A DNA stretch of 63,126 bases, filler included, from Octopus bimaculoides (lineage: Eukaryota): assembly GCF_001194135.2 (NCBI RefSeq). It is 7 parts of 7 records of this genome, joined end to end, with 100 filler letters (N's around TTAATTAATTAA, not from the genome) between each part and the next. Parts side by side here need not be neighbours in the genome. Positions count along the whole stretch, not along the records: positions 15,400 to 31,540 come from NC_068995.1; positions 31,641 to 41,864 come from NC_068988.1; 5 more parts are not named here. One strand, given 5' to 3'. A program made the position numbers and the translations under genes. Below, in pieces: positions 25,434-37,649 of the stretch. Under the pieces are notes generated by a model. That model was not told where the DNA came from, did no database searches, and worked only from the letters and a program-made list of their open reading frames with translations. Each line of letters starts with the position of its first letter. Positions within the stretch are counted from its first letter, which is position 1.

Positions 25434-26381
25434 GGTTAGATTATTAGTCCTGCTGCGTTTCTAGCACTGATAGAGTTAGGCAGATTGTAATAATGTTCTT
25501 AAGTAGGTAAGGTTTCACCGTTGTATTTTAGCTACCATCATGGTTTGAATAAGTGCGCACTGCGCGTTTGCTATTCAAACGTTTGTCAACACGTAAAATA
25601 TGGGACGTTTTCTGTTGCATCCTGTAATATGTCGAAAGGTAGAGATTTAAATAAAATGAAAACATTAACCCAAGACTAATTAAATTTTAATTATTTCATC
25701 AAACACGGCAGATAATTCTGGACTTAGTTTTTGTCTTATGATATTTAGACATGACACTAGAACGATAAGCAGTGCTCGGCAGATTTTAAGCTAACGCTGT
25801 TAAAGACTAAATCCTAAAGATTACATTTACATGAAGAAAACGTTGTTGTCAGTAAAAGCTTTCAAAGAAACTCTTTTCTTTCTTCTTTTGTTTATTTTCT
25901 TTTTAATCCAATGACTAGATTGTAGAAACGTAATTGAAGGACAGAACACCAAGAAAAATTATGTGTTTTTAATCCAACACGTCAACTGAACATTTGGATG
26001 CAACATAACAATGTGTGCGTGTGTATATGTGTGTACTGTGGGAAGTATATGTATATATGCATATGCATGTGTATACATATATGTATATATAAATATCTAA
26101 TGTGTATGCATACATATCCTTACATGTATACACATCTGTCTATATGTATAGATATATACGCATATATGTATCTACATATATATATGCATATGTATGTGTG
26201 TGTATATATATATAAACATGTATATATATATATGGGTGTGTGTGTGTGTGCGTATACACATGCATCTAGATATGCATACATACATTTACATGCACACATA
26301 CTTGTCTGCATGTATGCATACGCGATGAAATTATGCAGGTACGTATGGACGTATGCATATAGGCGTGTTTAGGTATTTATC

Positions 26382-26482
<101 letters not shown>

Positions 26483-26705
26483 TAATACACGGTGATAATA
26501 CATTTATCAATATATCTTGCTGTTTCTACTTCAATAAACGGCATGAATATGGCGACGACGACGGCCACAACCACTACCACAGCCACAACGGCTTAGCAAT
26601 ACGGTAGTTTCATGAGCTAAGCAACTAAGTACTTTCGTCCACGTGATGTTAGACACAAAGACCAAACTCCGGAAGTATAGAAATATTAAAAAAATATTAA
26701 ATATT

Positions 26706-26838
26706 GGCGCAGGCATTGCTGTGAGACCAAGAAACTCGCTTTGCAACCACGTGGTTTCGCTAAGTTACGGGGACGTAAACACACCAGCATCGGTTGTCAA
26801 GCGATGTTGGGGGGACAAACACAGACACACAAACATAT

Positions 26839-26850
<12 letters not shown>
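26706..26850. mobile_element. SINE family C pieces: + head fused to a minus-strand internal segment
   Basis: ggcgcagg...gcaaccacgtggtttc joined to gctaagttacggggacgtaaac...gggggacaaac. Confidence 0.6.
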
Positions 26851-26921
<71 letters not shown>

Positions 26922-26958
26922 AAAGTAAAGTTGTAAGGTACCGCACGAGTGGAAATAT

Positions 26959-27428
26959 ATATGAATGAAGGCTTGAAAATGCAATTTTAAAGATGTTTAT
27001 TCACATGACCGGATTCACTTTTTTAGAAAAAGATTGTCAAAAGTAAAATGTAAAGCTTTGTATGAACTTTGTTAATTATTCGTTATCACAAAAGTATTAA
27101 AAGACATATATACATTCTTTGATAATGTTAAAAACAGTTTAATGGAAATGTTAAAAACAGTTTACAAGAAAGTATTTAAGAAAGGAATCAGAACGGGACT
27201 CCAAAAAGCATTTTGAGTTCAATAAAAATCATGTTTGTTTTGTAGTATATATGTATTTTGTATATATATGTAGCATATATGCATTTTAATACTTTTGTGA
27301 CAACCAGTACTTAACACAACAAAGCTCATACAAAGCTTTACGTTTAACTTTTGACAATCTTTTTCTAAAAACGTGAAACCTTTCAAGTGAATAAACATCT
27401 TTAAAATTGCATTTTCAAACCTTCTTTC

Positions 27429-27432
<4 letters not shown>
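26959..27432. mobile_element. Foldback-type non-autonomous element with ~155-bp TIRs
   Basis: arms 26959-27111 and 27275-27432 are reverse complements (estimated 85-90% identical); ~160-bp spacer with an 18-bp direct repeat. Confidence 0.85.
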
Positions 27433-27466
<34 letters not shown>

Positions 27467-27565
27467 ATATTTATATATATAGATAGATAGAGAGAGAGAG
27501 AAGGAAAGAGTGAAAGAAAGAAATACAGAGATGGAAAGTGAAATTAAAGAGAAACNNNNNNNNNN

Positions 27566-27808
27566 GTGTGTGTACTATTTACATTATTTACATTTGACGG
27601 ATATTTGTCCTCATCTTGTTTGTTAACACAACGTTTCGGCTGATATACCCTCCAGCCTTCATCAGGTGTCTTGGGGGGAATTTCGAACCTGGATTTTCTT
27701 TCCTAAGGTATTTTTCGATGTTGTTGTTGTTGTTATTATTATTATTCGATTCCAGGCAGTGACTTGAACAATAATAATAATAATAACAACAGCAACATCG
27801 AAAAATAC
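27566..27808 (-). mobile_element. Penelope-like pLTR remnant with terminal inverted segment
   Basis: canonical hammerhead core plus 39-bp inverted repeat 27708-27746 / 27770-27808. Confidence 0.7.
27625..27670 (-). ncRNA. Minimal type I hammerhead ribozyme
   Basis: GACAC-CTGATGA-A-GGCTG gagggtatat CAGCC-GAAA-CG-TT-GTGTT: intact core, 5-bp helices I and II, loopless palindromic helix III. Confidence 0.8.
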
Positions 27809-27830
27809 AGCAAACTGTAAATTAAGCATT

Positions 27831-29129
27831 ATGGTGTGAAGTACATATTTGGTAATTTAATAAAATGGCTTTTATCCAGAAAATAATAATAATAATAAAT
27901 TGTGTAGATATTCTTAATAAGCTTCCTTATAAGATAATTCTATGAATCAGCCATCAAATTTGATGACTGCTACAATAGGAGACCGGAGTCATTCACTTAC
28001 CTGCACTAAATGGTTCTTATTAATATTAGGACATCACCTACATCACAATGGTTTTCAGTGAAGTTATTGCATTGTGTGGATGCCGATTAGTCTCCCTTCC
28101 AAGAACTCTCCAAAAGTAGATTTCCATAGGATCTAAATCTGGTGAGTTTATAGGCCGCAAGTTCGGTGTTAAATGACCGTAAATATTATCTGGCATCTAT
28201 TTTTGAGTGATGCAGGCTTTATGAGAAGGTTGTAAGTCTTGTTGAAACACATATGGCCTTCCGTTGCGTACTTCATCTATCCCAGCACCTCAACGTATCC
28301 AGCGGCATTAATTCGACTTTTAATTTTAGTTAACTTTTTTCTCACCAGGGACAAACCAAATCATGTCATGTTCGTAAGAGGCTTCAATCCTGTTGTAGAT
28401 GTTTGGTACGGATCAAACACTTTTCCTGTATCTTGGCAAACATGAATTGGTCGCTACCCTACACATACGACTTGTACTGAATTTCTTCTTTCTTTCTTTA
28501 TTGCCCACAAGGGGTTAAACATAGAGGGGACAAACAAGGACAGGCAAATGGATTGAGTCGATTATATCGACCCCAGTGCGTAACTGGTACTTATTTAATC
28601 TACCCCGAAAGGATGAAAGGCAAAGTCGACCTCGGCGGAATTTGAACTCAGAACGTAGCGGCAGACGAAATACCACTAAGCATTTCGCCCAGCGTGCTAA
28701 CGTTTCTGCCAACTCGCCGCCGTATTGAATTTCTTGGTACACCACAGTTCCAATAATCCTCTGACATCTGAATTCTTTGGTGACGGCTGCCATCGATTTT
28801 CGTAAACCATCACCGATATTTTGAGCCTGTTGAGCGAACTGCAGTGTCCTTATCATACACGAGCAATTAGAATGTTTTCTTTTTCTTTCTGAATACTGTT
28901 GAAACATCCCAGGCACAGGCTTCCAATTTCATCAGAACTTTCTGAACAAAACATATTGCAACATTTAAAAAGTTGACAATTTCTAAATCGCTCTGTGGCA
29001 ACAATGGCTGCGCGTCTTTCCATATCATTTTGTTAGCATCTTATCTGCCATTGGGGAGCCGTAAGATTTAATTGCTCTAAAGAGAGTAATATACTGACAA
29101 TTAAGTGTCCTCAAATACCTTCGCACCAT
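27831..29129 (-). pseudogene. Decayed Tc1/mariner (maT/DD37D-like) transposon
   Basis: ATG 29023 MERRAAIV..; INAAGYVEVL, YVFQQD..P.HK, NSPDLDPME..FW motifs; short imperfect TIRs ATGGTG(T/C)GAAG; stops, frameshifts and an internal deletion. Confidence 0.8.
28488..28721 (-). mobile_element. Full-length SINE family D (tail type 1) in the maT transposase
   Basis: 14-bp TSD GTA(C/T)TGAATTTCTT at 28474-28487 and 28722-28735. Confidence 0.92.
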
Positions 29130-29443
29130 GTGTGTGTATAACTATATACATATGTATATATATATATGCAAATATATGTATATATACACATGTGTATTTA
29201 CATATATATATATATATATACATATATCTCTCAATATATATATATATATAGATATATATATATATATATATAAATACATATATAATGTATACATATACAT
29301 TTATATATATATATACATATATATATATACATATACATACGTATACATATAGTTATATATACATGTGTGTATATATATGTATGTATACGAATATGTATGT
29401 CTATAAATATATATTACAGATATATATACAAGCATATATATGC

Positions 29444-29493
<50 letters not shown>

Positions 29494-29889
29494 ATATACA
29501 CACACACACTCACACACACATGCGTATATCTATCAGCAAAGTACCCTTACAATGAAAAACTTCCAGATGTCATGATAATACAGCGAAGAAAATTAAACTT
29601 TACACTAAATTAGACGAAGCAGACATTTAATTAACAATACATCTGCTCAGTATATTATCTTACATGAATACTATGTGAGTCTTTCATTGGCAAATTAATT
29701 TAAGACATTTCACATTAATTACTTGTTGCATTGTGATAATACAACAATCACGTGATAATTAATTTGAGGTGCAAGTGTCTTAAACATAGACATACCGTTG
29801 CTTCGGAATCAACAACGACAACAGGAACAATATCAGTGCCACTTGTGTCTCTACCAGCGAACTGCTGGTAAATGCTTCATCCCTGTTTT

Positions 29890-30100
29890 GTTCTTTTTTC
29901 ATTTAGCTGCGGCCATGCTGTGGAACCGGCTTGAAGTCTTTTCTCCAGTACTTAAGTATTTATAGTCGAACAAACTGATCCCATTACTTTTTATTCTATC
30001 ATTTGTCTTTTGATGAACTGCTAACTAATGGAAATATAAACAAACCAATAACGGTTGTCAAACGGTGGTTGGGGACAAGCACAAACTCAAAGAAATACAC
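29890..30100 (-). mobile_element. SINE family C 3' half (old)
   Basis: gctgcggccatgctg tail and ggttgtcaa...ggggacaa segment. Confidence 0.7.
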
Positions 30101-30159
30101 ACATACATATACATGAATACATTCATGTATAAATATATGTGTGGGGGGTGTATGAATGC

Positions 30160-30430
30160 GCATGGCCCATTGGTTCGAGCGTCGGGCTCACAATCACATG
30201 GCAGTGAGTTCGATTCCCGGACCGGGCTGCGTATAGCGTTCTTGAGCAAGACACTTTATTTCACGTTGTTCCAGTTCATTCGGCCGTAGAAATGAGTTGC
30301 AATGTCAAAAGTGCCAAGCAGTATCAACCTTTGCTCTTTCCCTTGGATAACACTGGTGGCATGGAGAGGAGAGGCTTGTATGCATGAGTGACTGCTGGTC
30401 ATCCTTAAACAACCTTGCCCGGACTTGTTC
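30160..30430 (+). mobile_element. SINE family B
   Basis: homologous to 61945-62277; gagttcgattcc B box. Confidence 0.85.
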
Positions 30431-30526
30431 AGCTTCGGTGAAATTCGACCCTGCTTTCGATAAACTTCATTATTCGGTATCGTCTGCTCAGTATTTTTCA
30501 TAAAATCAAATGAAAACAGAAAGATG

Positions 30527-30603
<77 letters not shown>

Positions 30604-30724
30604 ACGACGAGAAAAATAAAATATTTAAGAAAATCTATTAAATATTCTGTTGCTTCTGTAGAATTTTCAATGAATTTTATATTTCTTATTTTTCTTATTA
30701 GTTCTCTTATTATTCTCCTTCCAG

Positions 30725-30832
30725 ATTGTTCTTATGTTGATGATGATTCTAGCGGCTTTTGTTATTTGCTGGCTGCCTTATCAAATCTCCATTCTATATT
30801 CAGAGTACAGATCTGCAGGAGTAGCTACACCG
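30725..30832 (+). CDS. Internal exon of a rhodopsin-family (class A) GPCR, TM6 and ECL3, probably a neuropeptide receptor
   Basis: IVLMLMMILAAFVICWLPYQISILYSEYRSAGVATP with CWxP motif; long polypyrimidine tract plus CAG acceptor; GTAACA donor; phase 0/0, 108 nt. Confidence 0.9.
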
Positions 30833-31757
30833 GTAACATATGGCTTTACTTAACTATTTCGTTGACATGTGTGTGTGTGTGTGTATATATATGTGTGTGT
30901 GCGTAGGTATCATAGAGGGAGTGTATGCAAGTGAATGTGTGCATTAGTGTGTGCGTGTGTGAATGTTTGACAGGTTATAAAGTGAAATAGGTTGGTTTTT
31001 TTTGCTTTACAAAATTCACAATAAATTTTGAGCTAAATTCAATTTATTGTATTGTTTTAGTGTCGACAAAGGAATAAACAAAAAAAATAGAATTAAGTCA
31101 TTTCAATTGTATTCGCCGTGGGTCACTCACAGCAGTCATTTCAAATTGTTTAGCCAGAGATTTCAACAAATGTAAGCAAATACACACACACACACACACA
31201 TATATAAGTATTCATATATGTATATGTACGTATGTATATACACATTTACATATATACACACATTTGTGTATATATACATGGATGTATACAAACACATATA
31301 TACATGTGTGGATATTTATGTACATATATATATATATATATATATATGTAATATACATATAGGTGTATATGTATATGCAAATATATATACGTATATATAT
31401 ATATATATGTGTGTGTGTATATATATATATATACATATGTGTGTGTGTGTATATATATATATATATACATATGTGTGTGTGTATATATATATATATATAT
31501 ACATATGTGTGTGTGTATATATATATATATACATATGTGTNNNNNNNNNNNNNNNNNNNNNNNNNNNNNNNNNNNNNNNNNNNNTTAATTAATTAANNNN
31601 NNNNNNNNNNNNNNNNNNNNNNNNNNNNNNNNNNNNNNNNTAATACATACATCCAGCAAAGCCTTTATAAATGTAATGGAACAGAAAGTAAATAAAGGTA
31701 AAAAAATACCACACCTTTGGTTAATGACAATGTAATAAATATTTCTGCTTGTGAATG

Positions 31758-31821
<64 letters not shown>

Positions 31822-32182
31822 TGTGTATTTGTATTTGTGTGTGAGTGATTTCATATGTATATATGTTTGTTATTTTTTAATCTTTTTAGATATTCACACA
31901 GTCTTGGTGAACCATCAGCCAACATTGTTGATTTTCTGTGCTAATCATGAAACAAGAGCTAAATAGTCAAGTCTAAATATTTAACTAAATGCACTCACAC
32001 ATACACACGTGCACACACACCCACAAACCCACACACATTTCAAGAAAGATTTTCTTAAAATAGAAATTATTAATTATATAAAAATATCTTGAAAAAAAAA
32101 AAAATAGAGAATGACATGAACTGCCTGAAAGGAAGTTTTAGAAAATCTAAGAAAGTCTTTTTTAATTATTGTGACTATAGGC

Positions 32183-32285
32183 ACAGGAGTGGCTGTGTGG
32201 TAAGTAGCTTGCTTCCCAACCTCATGGTTCTGGGTTTAGTCCCACTGCATGACACCTTGGGCAAATCTCTTCTACTATAGCCTCC
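32183..32285 (+). mobile_element. SINE family C head
   Basis: ggagtggctgtgtggtaagtagcttgcttcccaac...caccttgggcaaatctcttctactatagcc. Confidence 0.85.
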
Positions 32286-32549
32286 ACTATATATCAATCA
32301 ACTACTTGGTGACTTCTTCTGCCCTCTTTGTTTGAAGAAGACAGAAGTCACCACATTCGAAGAGGTCTTAAAACTACAAATTTCGTTAAGCGGTCTTAGT
32401 AAACTAAAATACATTTATAGTGTCCATCAGGCTTGGAAAATGGACATTAAATGATGAAGATGATATATCCTGAGGTAAGAATGAGTCTGTGTAGGGCCAG
32501 CACTCCTACATAGAACAAAAAATGCAAAGTTCAAAGGCATTAATGACAA

Positions 32550-32960
32550 TTCAAAACCAACAAGACCTGGTAGAAGACAGCCCAGAATCAAGAACAGTGG
32601 AGTAAAGTTGTTGATAGCTTATGTTCCATAGACAGTGGAGGTGGATGATTTTGGCAAGGCCAAGAGCTGCACCAGGTTCCATTGTCTGTTTTTGGCATGG
32701 TTTCTGTGGCCTAATACGCTTCCTAATGCCAATCACTTTACAGAGTGTACTAGATGCTTTGTATGTGGCATCTGCACCAGTACTTTTTACATGGCTTCAT
32801 CACCAGCGTTTTTTATGTGATGCCAACACCAACAGGATTACCATCCATTTTAGTTTGATCTCTATCCTTTGACCTGTCTAGAATGGGAGGCCTTCAGGAG
32901 CTTGTGCTCAGGGTCATTACAGCACACAAACCACCACAGTGTAACAAGGACTGGAACTTG
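32550..32960. mobile_element. Mixed RTE fragments
   Basis: + strand C-terminus AQNQEQWSKVVDSLCS; minus-strand copy of the 3' UTR seen at 40230-40330. Confidence 0.55.
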
Positions 32961-33199
32961 TGGTGATCAATGCTGTTTAGTTTCACACTACATGTGATCC
33001 TTCAAGTAACTGTATGTAAAACTAGTAACTTTTCAATAGAAAGATTTGGTTTTTATTTTGTTGGTATTATAGGAAAGTGGGTTATACATCATTAGATGTA
33101 TACCTGACTTTCCTATATAATATTAAGAATATAACGGAACGCTGAACTCCAGACTATCAACTTAAACACAACATTTATTTAAGGTGGAATATATATATA

Positions 33200-33425
33200 C
33201 ATCTTTAGCTCTTGTTTGTTGAGACGTCTTCTGTGTGTGTGAGCATGGTTGTTGGGACGTTGGTATGTAGATGTGAGCGAGCTGTCTAGCGTAAGTTCGA
33301 AAGATGGAGAGAGACAGCTAAACACGTCCTTGCTCAATCGCTGGCCAGCAAGAAAGAGACAGAATGAAGCGGGAAAGCTTGGTTGTTGAATTCCACGCAT
33401 GCGTGAGACTACGCATGCGCACAGC
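33200..33425. promoter_or_regulatory. Candidate promoter: CpG-retaining island with two NRF1-type palindromes
   Basis: ACGCATGCGT 33395-33404 and ACGCATGCGCA 33411-33421; many CG dinucleotides in CG-poor surroundings. Confidence 0.5.
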
Positions 33426-33776
33426 ATTACTACAGTATTACCAAATGTATTGTTTAGTATTAGCCCTTTGTAGAAGATGTAATTTGTGAAGAGATTACTA
33501 ATTAATTAATGATTAATCCTCCTCTTTAATAAGATTAGCAGCTGACTATTGTTTGTTAAAAGCTGGTTATGTAAGATCTAAATTAATCACTAAGATTTAT
33601 TATGTTTTAACAATTTTAATTTGCTAGAATTGCAACTTCTAAAAGAAAATCTGCTGCTAGAACATTTAAATTTAAGGATAACACACACACAGACACACAC
33701 ACAAACAAACATTTCAGGCACCCTCCCAATTTTGCTCTTAGAAGAATTACTTTGCCTGCACCCAACCATGTCTTAA

Positions 33777-33955
33777 TCCTTTAGCATTAAGGTTTCTCTG
33801 TCAAGGGTAATTACCTTGCAGCTTTGAAATTTTGATGATGTGATTGTTCGTTTTTAGAATGACATAGTAGGGTAGGTATGAGAGGTCAGATCTGGCTGGA
33901 TTGAACACAAAACAGAATATTTTGGCTGGATACGGCTGGTTTAAATGCTAAAGAG
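33777..33955 (+). mobile_element. piggyBac-like MITE
   Basis: TTAA on both sides; TIR tcctttagcatt / aatgctaaagag; homolog at 37436. Confidence 0.75.
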
Positions 33956-34599
33956 TTAAGCAGTGATGTTGTCCACATGTAAACCCCCATACTTCAATGA
34001 TTAAACAACACTAATAATCACAAAGTGCTAGATTGGTTGTCACTGATTTATTGCCACAACTTGACCCAAACTGACCGACGGAAGTTAAATTTCTCTGTAA
34101 TAAAGAAACCATTTTGTTTTTTTCCCCTTCACTTTACTTCTGGGTGTATGATGACCTGGGTGTGTTTTTAAATTCACAAAGCTTTAAAAAACATTAGGTG
34201 CTGAGTCAACCTGTTACTCAATAAATACAACTTCAGTTATAAGTGTTGAGTGCTATATTCCATCAACCATACCTTTTCTATTCTCTACCCCCATTTCTAA
34301 CCATCTGTCTGTATCCTCTCTTATATTCATCTTCATGTTTCCTGAGAGTTTGCTCTTACACTGCATCACTATCATCTTTATTCCCTCCTGACTACTGCAG
34401 CTCACCCTTATATAATGTGTGACAGCCATATGGCCCTTATGTAGCCAGGTACCTATGCTTGTCTCTCTATCATACATTGGCCTTGGCGTAAAGCCATGTC
34501 CCTGCTTTGAATATTCCCCCTTATTTAGTAGAGGAAACTTTTTTCTTCTTCCCTATTCTCTCTTCCTGTCTTACATGTTACCTGGCAGCCTCTCTAGTA

Positions 34600-34765
34600 C
34601 ACACTGCAAAGTGGTTGGTGTTAGGAAAGGGCATCCAGCTGTAGAAACCATGCCAAAGCTGACACTGGAGTTCAGCATAACCCTGCAGCTAGCCCAATCC
34701 TACCAAACTGTCCAACCCATTCCAGCATGGAAAAAAAAATGTTAAATAACGGTGATGATGAATGT
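34600..34765 (+). mobile_element. RTE-type 3' tail
   Basis: ggttggtgttaggaaagggcatccagctgtagaaac...ccagcatgg...gatgatg, as at 40245-40400. Confidence 0.75.
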
Positions 34766-34799
34766 AGATGTAGAAATATGTGCATGTGTGTATGTGTGT

Positions 34800-34944
34800 C
34801 ACATAAAATGCACTCAGTCTTCTCTGGAAAGTGGTTGGCTTTAAGAAGGACAACCAGAGCTTTTCCATCCTTTAAATCAAGCTTGATCAATCTATTTTGG
34901 GAAGTGGGCCACATACGACATGACTCATCATCAGGCAGATCACC
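34800..34944 (-). CDS. Tentative exon of an unidentified protein
   Basis: T-rich acceptor ttttttagtag|GGT; open frame GDLPDDESCRMWPTSQNRLIKLDLKDGKALVVLLKANHFPEKTE; donor unclear. Confidence 0.3.
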
Positions 34945-35753
34945 CTACTAAAAAAAAATTCAAGGTAATTTTTCATTAAGCATGCATTTCAAAAAGTCTT
35001 ACAGATTGCAGTTTGCCCATGATTGCAGTAAACCAAATACATTTCAGCATTTCTTAGAATATGGCTATTAAAGTTGTGCTCACTAATATACTTGTAGTAT
35101 AGATATATTTCTTTGTCAATGAAATTATGGTTATGATTGAGCAAGTTTGAGTTTGCTTAATCAAAAATAGTGTAATAAGTTTGAAGGCTTTTATGTGGAG
35201 AAATTTCATAAAATGATATATTTATACCGAGAAGAGTTTCACCTTATTGGTCAAATATTATATGTCTTGGTCGATGGGATTTTTATATTTCGTCAGCTGA
35301 GACTCCTATATTTAAATCTTAGTATATAGTTTTCTTGTTAGTTGTTAAATCAGTGTGATTTTTAAAATAGGGTTGGCCTTCAGTTTATGCTTTATAACTT
35401 CCTATCTATTTCTGTTTTGTCATTACGAAGCACATTACATTCATGTTAATAATAAAGAGTGGGTTTTGCTATGGTAGAGTGACGTTAATAAATTTTGAAA
35501 ATGACATAAATTTTTGTTGATTTTAAAAGTGACATTCACATCCACACCTGTTTCTTTGCAAATACCTAAGCCTTTGCATAGAACAATCGGAGATATAGGT
35601 GTGTACACCCCACCCCCCCACATACATATGCAAAGGCACACATACAGAAGCACACACAGATACTCAGAGGCACACAGACCTACACACACAAATATTTACT
35701 TCAGCATATATCATACAAACACGTACACACATGCACACACACACACACACACA

Positions 35754-36460
35754 CACAATGTTGTAGTTAGAACACTATATAATGAAATCTGTGAGAAGGA
35801 TAACCCTGAAGACAATGAAATAAGAACTCACAGTATGGTGGAAGCCATAACCACTCATAATAAAAAGGAATACTGGTGGAATGTCCCAGTGAAAACCTCA
35901 ATGAAATGTAAATACAATAGACCTGATATAATGGTTTGGGATAGAGAAGAGAAATTGTGAACAATTGTGGAAATTAGCTGCCCAACAGATGTTAACATAA
36001 AGCTGAAGATCAGTGAAAAGGTGAATATCTACGTTGAACTATTGAGAAATCTGCAGATACTGTATCCAGATTACAAGTTCAGGTTTATACTTGTAATTAT
36101 TGGAATGCTGGGATGTGTAACACACTGCCTAAATACCAATCATGAGAAATTAGGCTTCTCAAAACCAGAAAGGAGAAAGTTGATTTGAAGACTACAGATC
36201 CAATCCATCACAGGAACTGTAAATATCTGTAAAACTTTCCAGAAGTTTATTATTTGAGTATATATGAGCATGTCTGGATATGCAACTATATACATGAGAA
36301 TACATACATAAAATAAAACATATAAAATCTGCATGTATACAAACATACATACACACAAAAATACCTTGTTGTTGATGCTGAAATTCCAATGAAGGATCCT
36401 TGGATCTAGCCTAGAAACCAGCTCTTTCTCTATTGAAATCTTGAAATAAAACTGAATAAA
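35754..36460 (+). mobile_element. 5'-truncated RLE non-LTR retrotransposon (R4/Dong-like) in CA/CATA repeats
   Basis: HN..YWWNVPV..RPDIMVWD..VEISCP..EK..IY..LQ..G (PD-(D/E)xK nuclease); two in-frame TGA, no frameshift, ORF end 36257; (CA)n 5', (CATA)n 3'. Confidence 0.88.
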
Positions 36461-36609
36461 GACATACACACATGCATGCATACATACATACATACATTGC
36501 CATTTGCATTTTTGTTCTTAAAATAGGTATACCATATCATTGCCCACTAAATGTCAGAGTTTATAGGAACACATAAAGAAAGAAAGTTTTATTAGAAATA
36601 TCAGAACAC

Positions 36610-36707
36610 TTCCGCATGGTTTCCATTGGCTGCATGTAATCTGTTGGATTATCCATATATTTTCTTTCTCTCAGTGTTTCAGGTTGTAAAGGTAATTCAT
36701 GGACACC
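36610..36707 (-). CDS. Tentative exon of an unidentified protein
   Basis: acceptor tttctacag|GGT; GVHELPLQPETLRERKYMDNPTDYMQPMETMR; phase 0 start matches exon 38089-38218; donor weak (or terminal exon to TAA 36561). Confidence 0.4.
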
Positions 36708-37435
36708 CTGTAGAAACAATAATCTTTTCCTCGTGGGGTATATAATAGGCAAATAAAACAAGAAACAAAATTATCCAGCATTTATTTAAAGGACCCAGTT
36801 GTTCTTCCACCTATGCATTATGGCTATAATGCCCGTGCGTGTGTCATCTGCTTCATGATATATTTATACTAATCCCTGTTCTTATCACCCTGTGTATGTA
36901 AGTGAAAACAGGGTATTGTAAATACCCATCTTTGTTTGTGTGTTTGCAAAACTACTGGAAAACGGGCGAATGGATTTTCACCGAATTTGGCAGAAATACA
37001 CATTGGGTGAGTGGCTCGAACTCATTATTTTGGATTGATTATCTTCAAAACTGGAGGACGAGTAAAGCAAAATGTTTTTTTTCTTTATTACATATGTATA
37101 AACGATAAGCAGGGGAAATAACTCTTGATGTCATTTTGATGACATGAATTCGTAGGAATATATTTAAATTAAATTTTTATCCTTGTGTGCGCGCAGGGTA
37201 TGCATCGCCCCTCCCATGCCCTTTTTTTTCTCATTATTAGCTTCTTTTATTTTTATAGTACAAAGTTTTTCTAATAGTTTTTTTTTCTTTTACTAAATTT
37301 GGATAAACCTGAAGCACACAAACACATACATAAATGATCAGATTACGCTATATTCCTTTTTCTTATATAATACTCCAATTGTATACCAATTGCCTGAGGT
37401 CACCCCAGGTTATATGACACAAACTTCCCGTTTAA

Positions 37436-37649
37436 CTCTTTAGCAATCAAACCGGCCGTATCCTACCAACATGTTCTACCCGTATTGTGTTCAAAGCAGC
37501 CAGATCTAGTTTCTTACACCTATCTTACAATGTTGTTATAAAAATAAACAATCACATCATTGAAATCTCAAAGATAATACCTGATTAATTCAAACAATGT
37601 GAATAAATAAGCATTACATTTGACAGAGTAATATCTGAATGCTAAAAGG
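37436..37649 (-). mobile_element. piggyBac-like MITE
   Basis: TTAA at 37432-37435 and 37650-37653; TIR ctctttagca / tgctaaaagg. Confidence 0.75.

Noticed and set aside
36596-36840. Plus-strand exon chain alternative to the minus-strand model
   Set aside because: Splice sites exist but peptides are unrecognised and the chain hits stops; kept only as the stated alternative.
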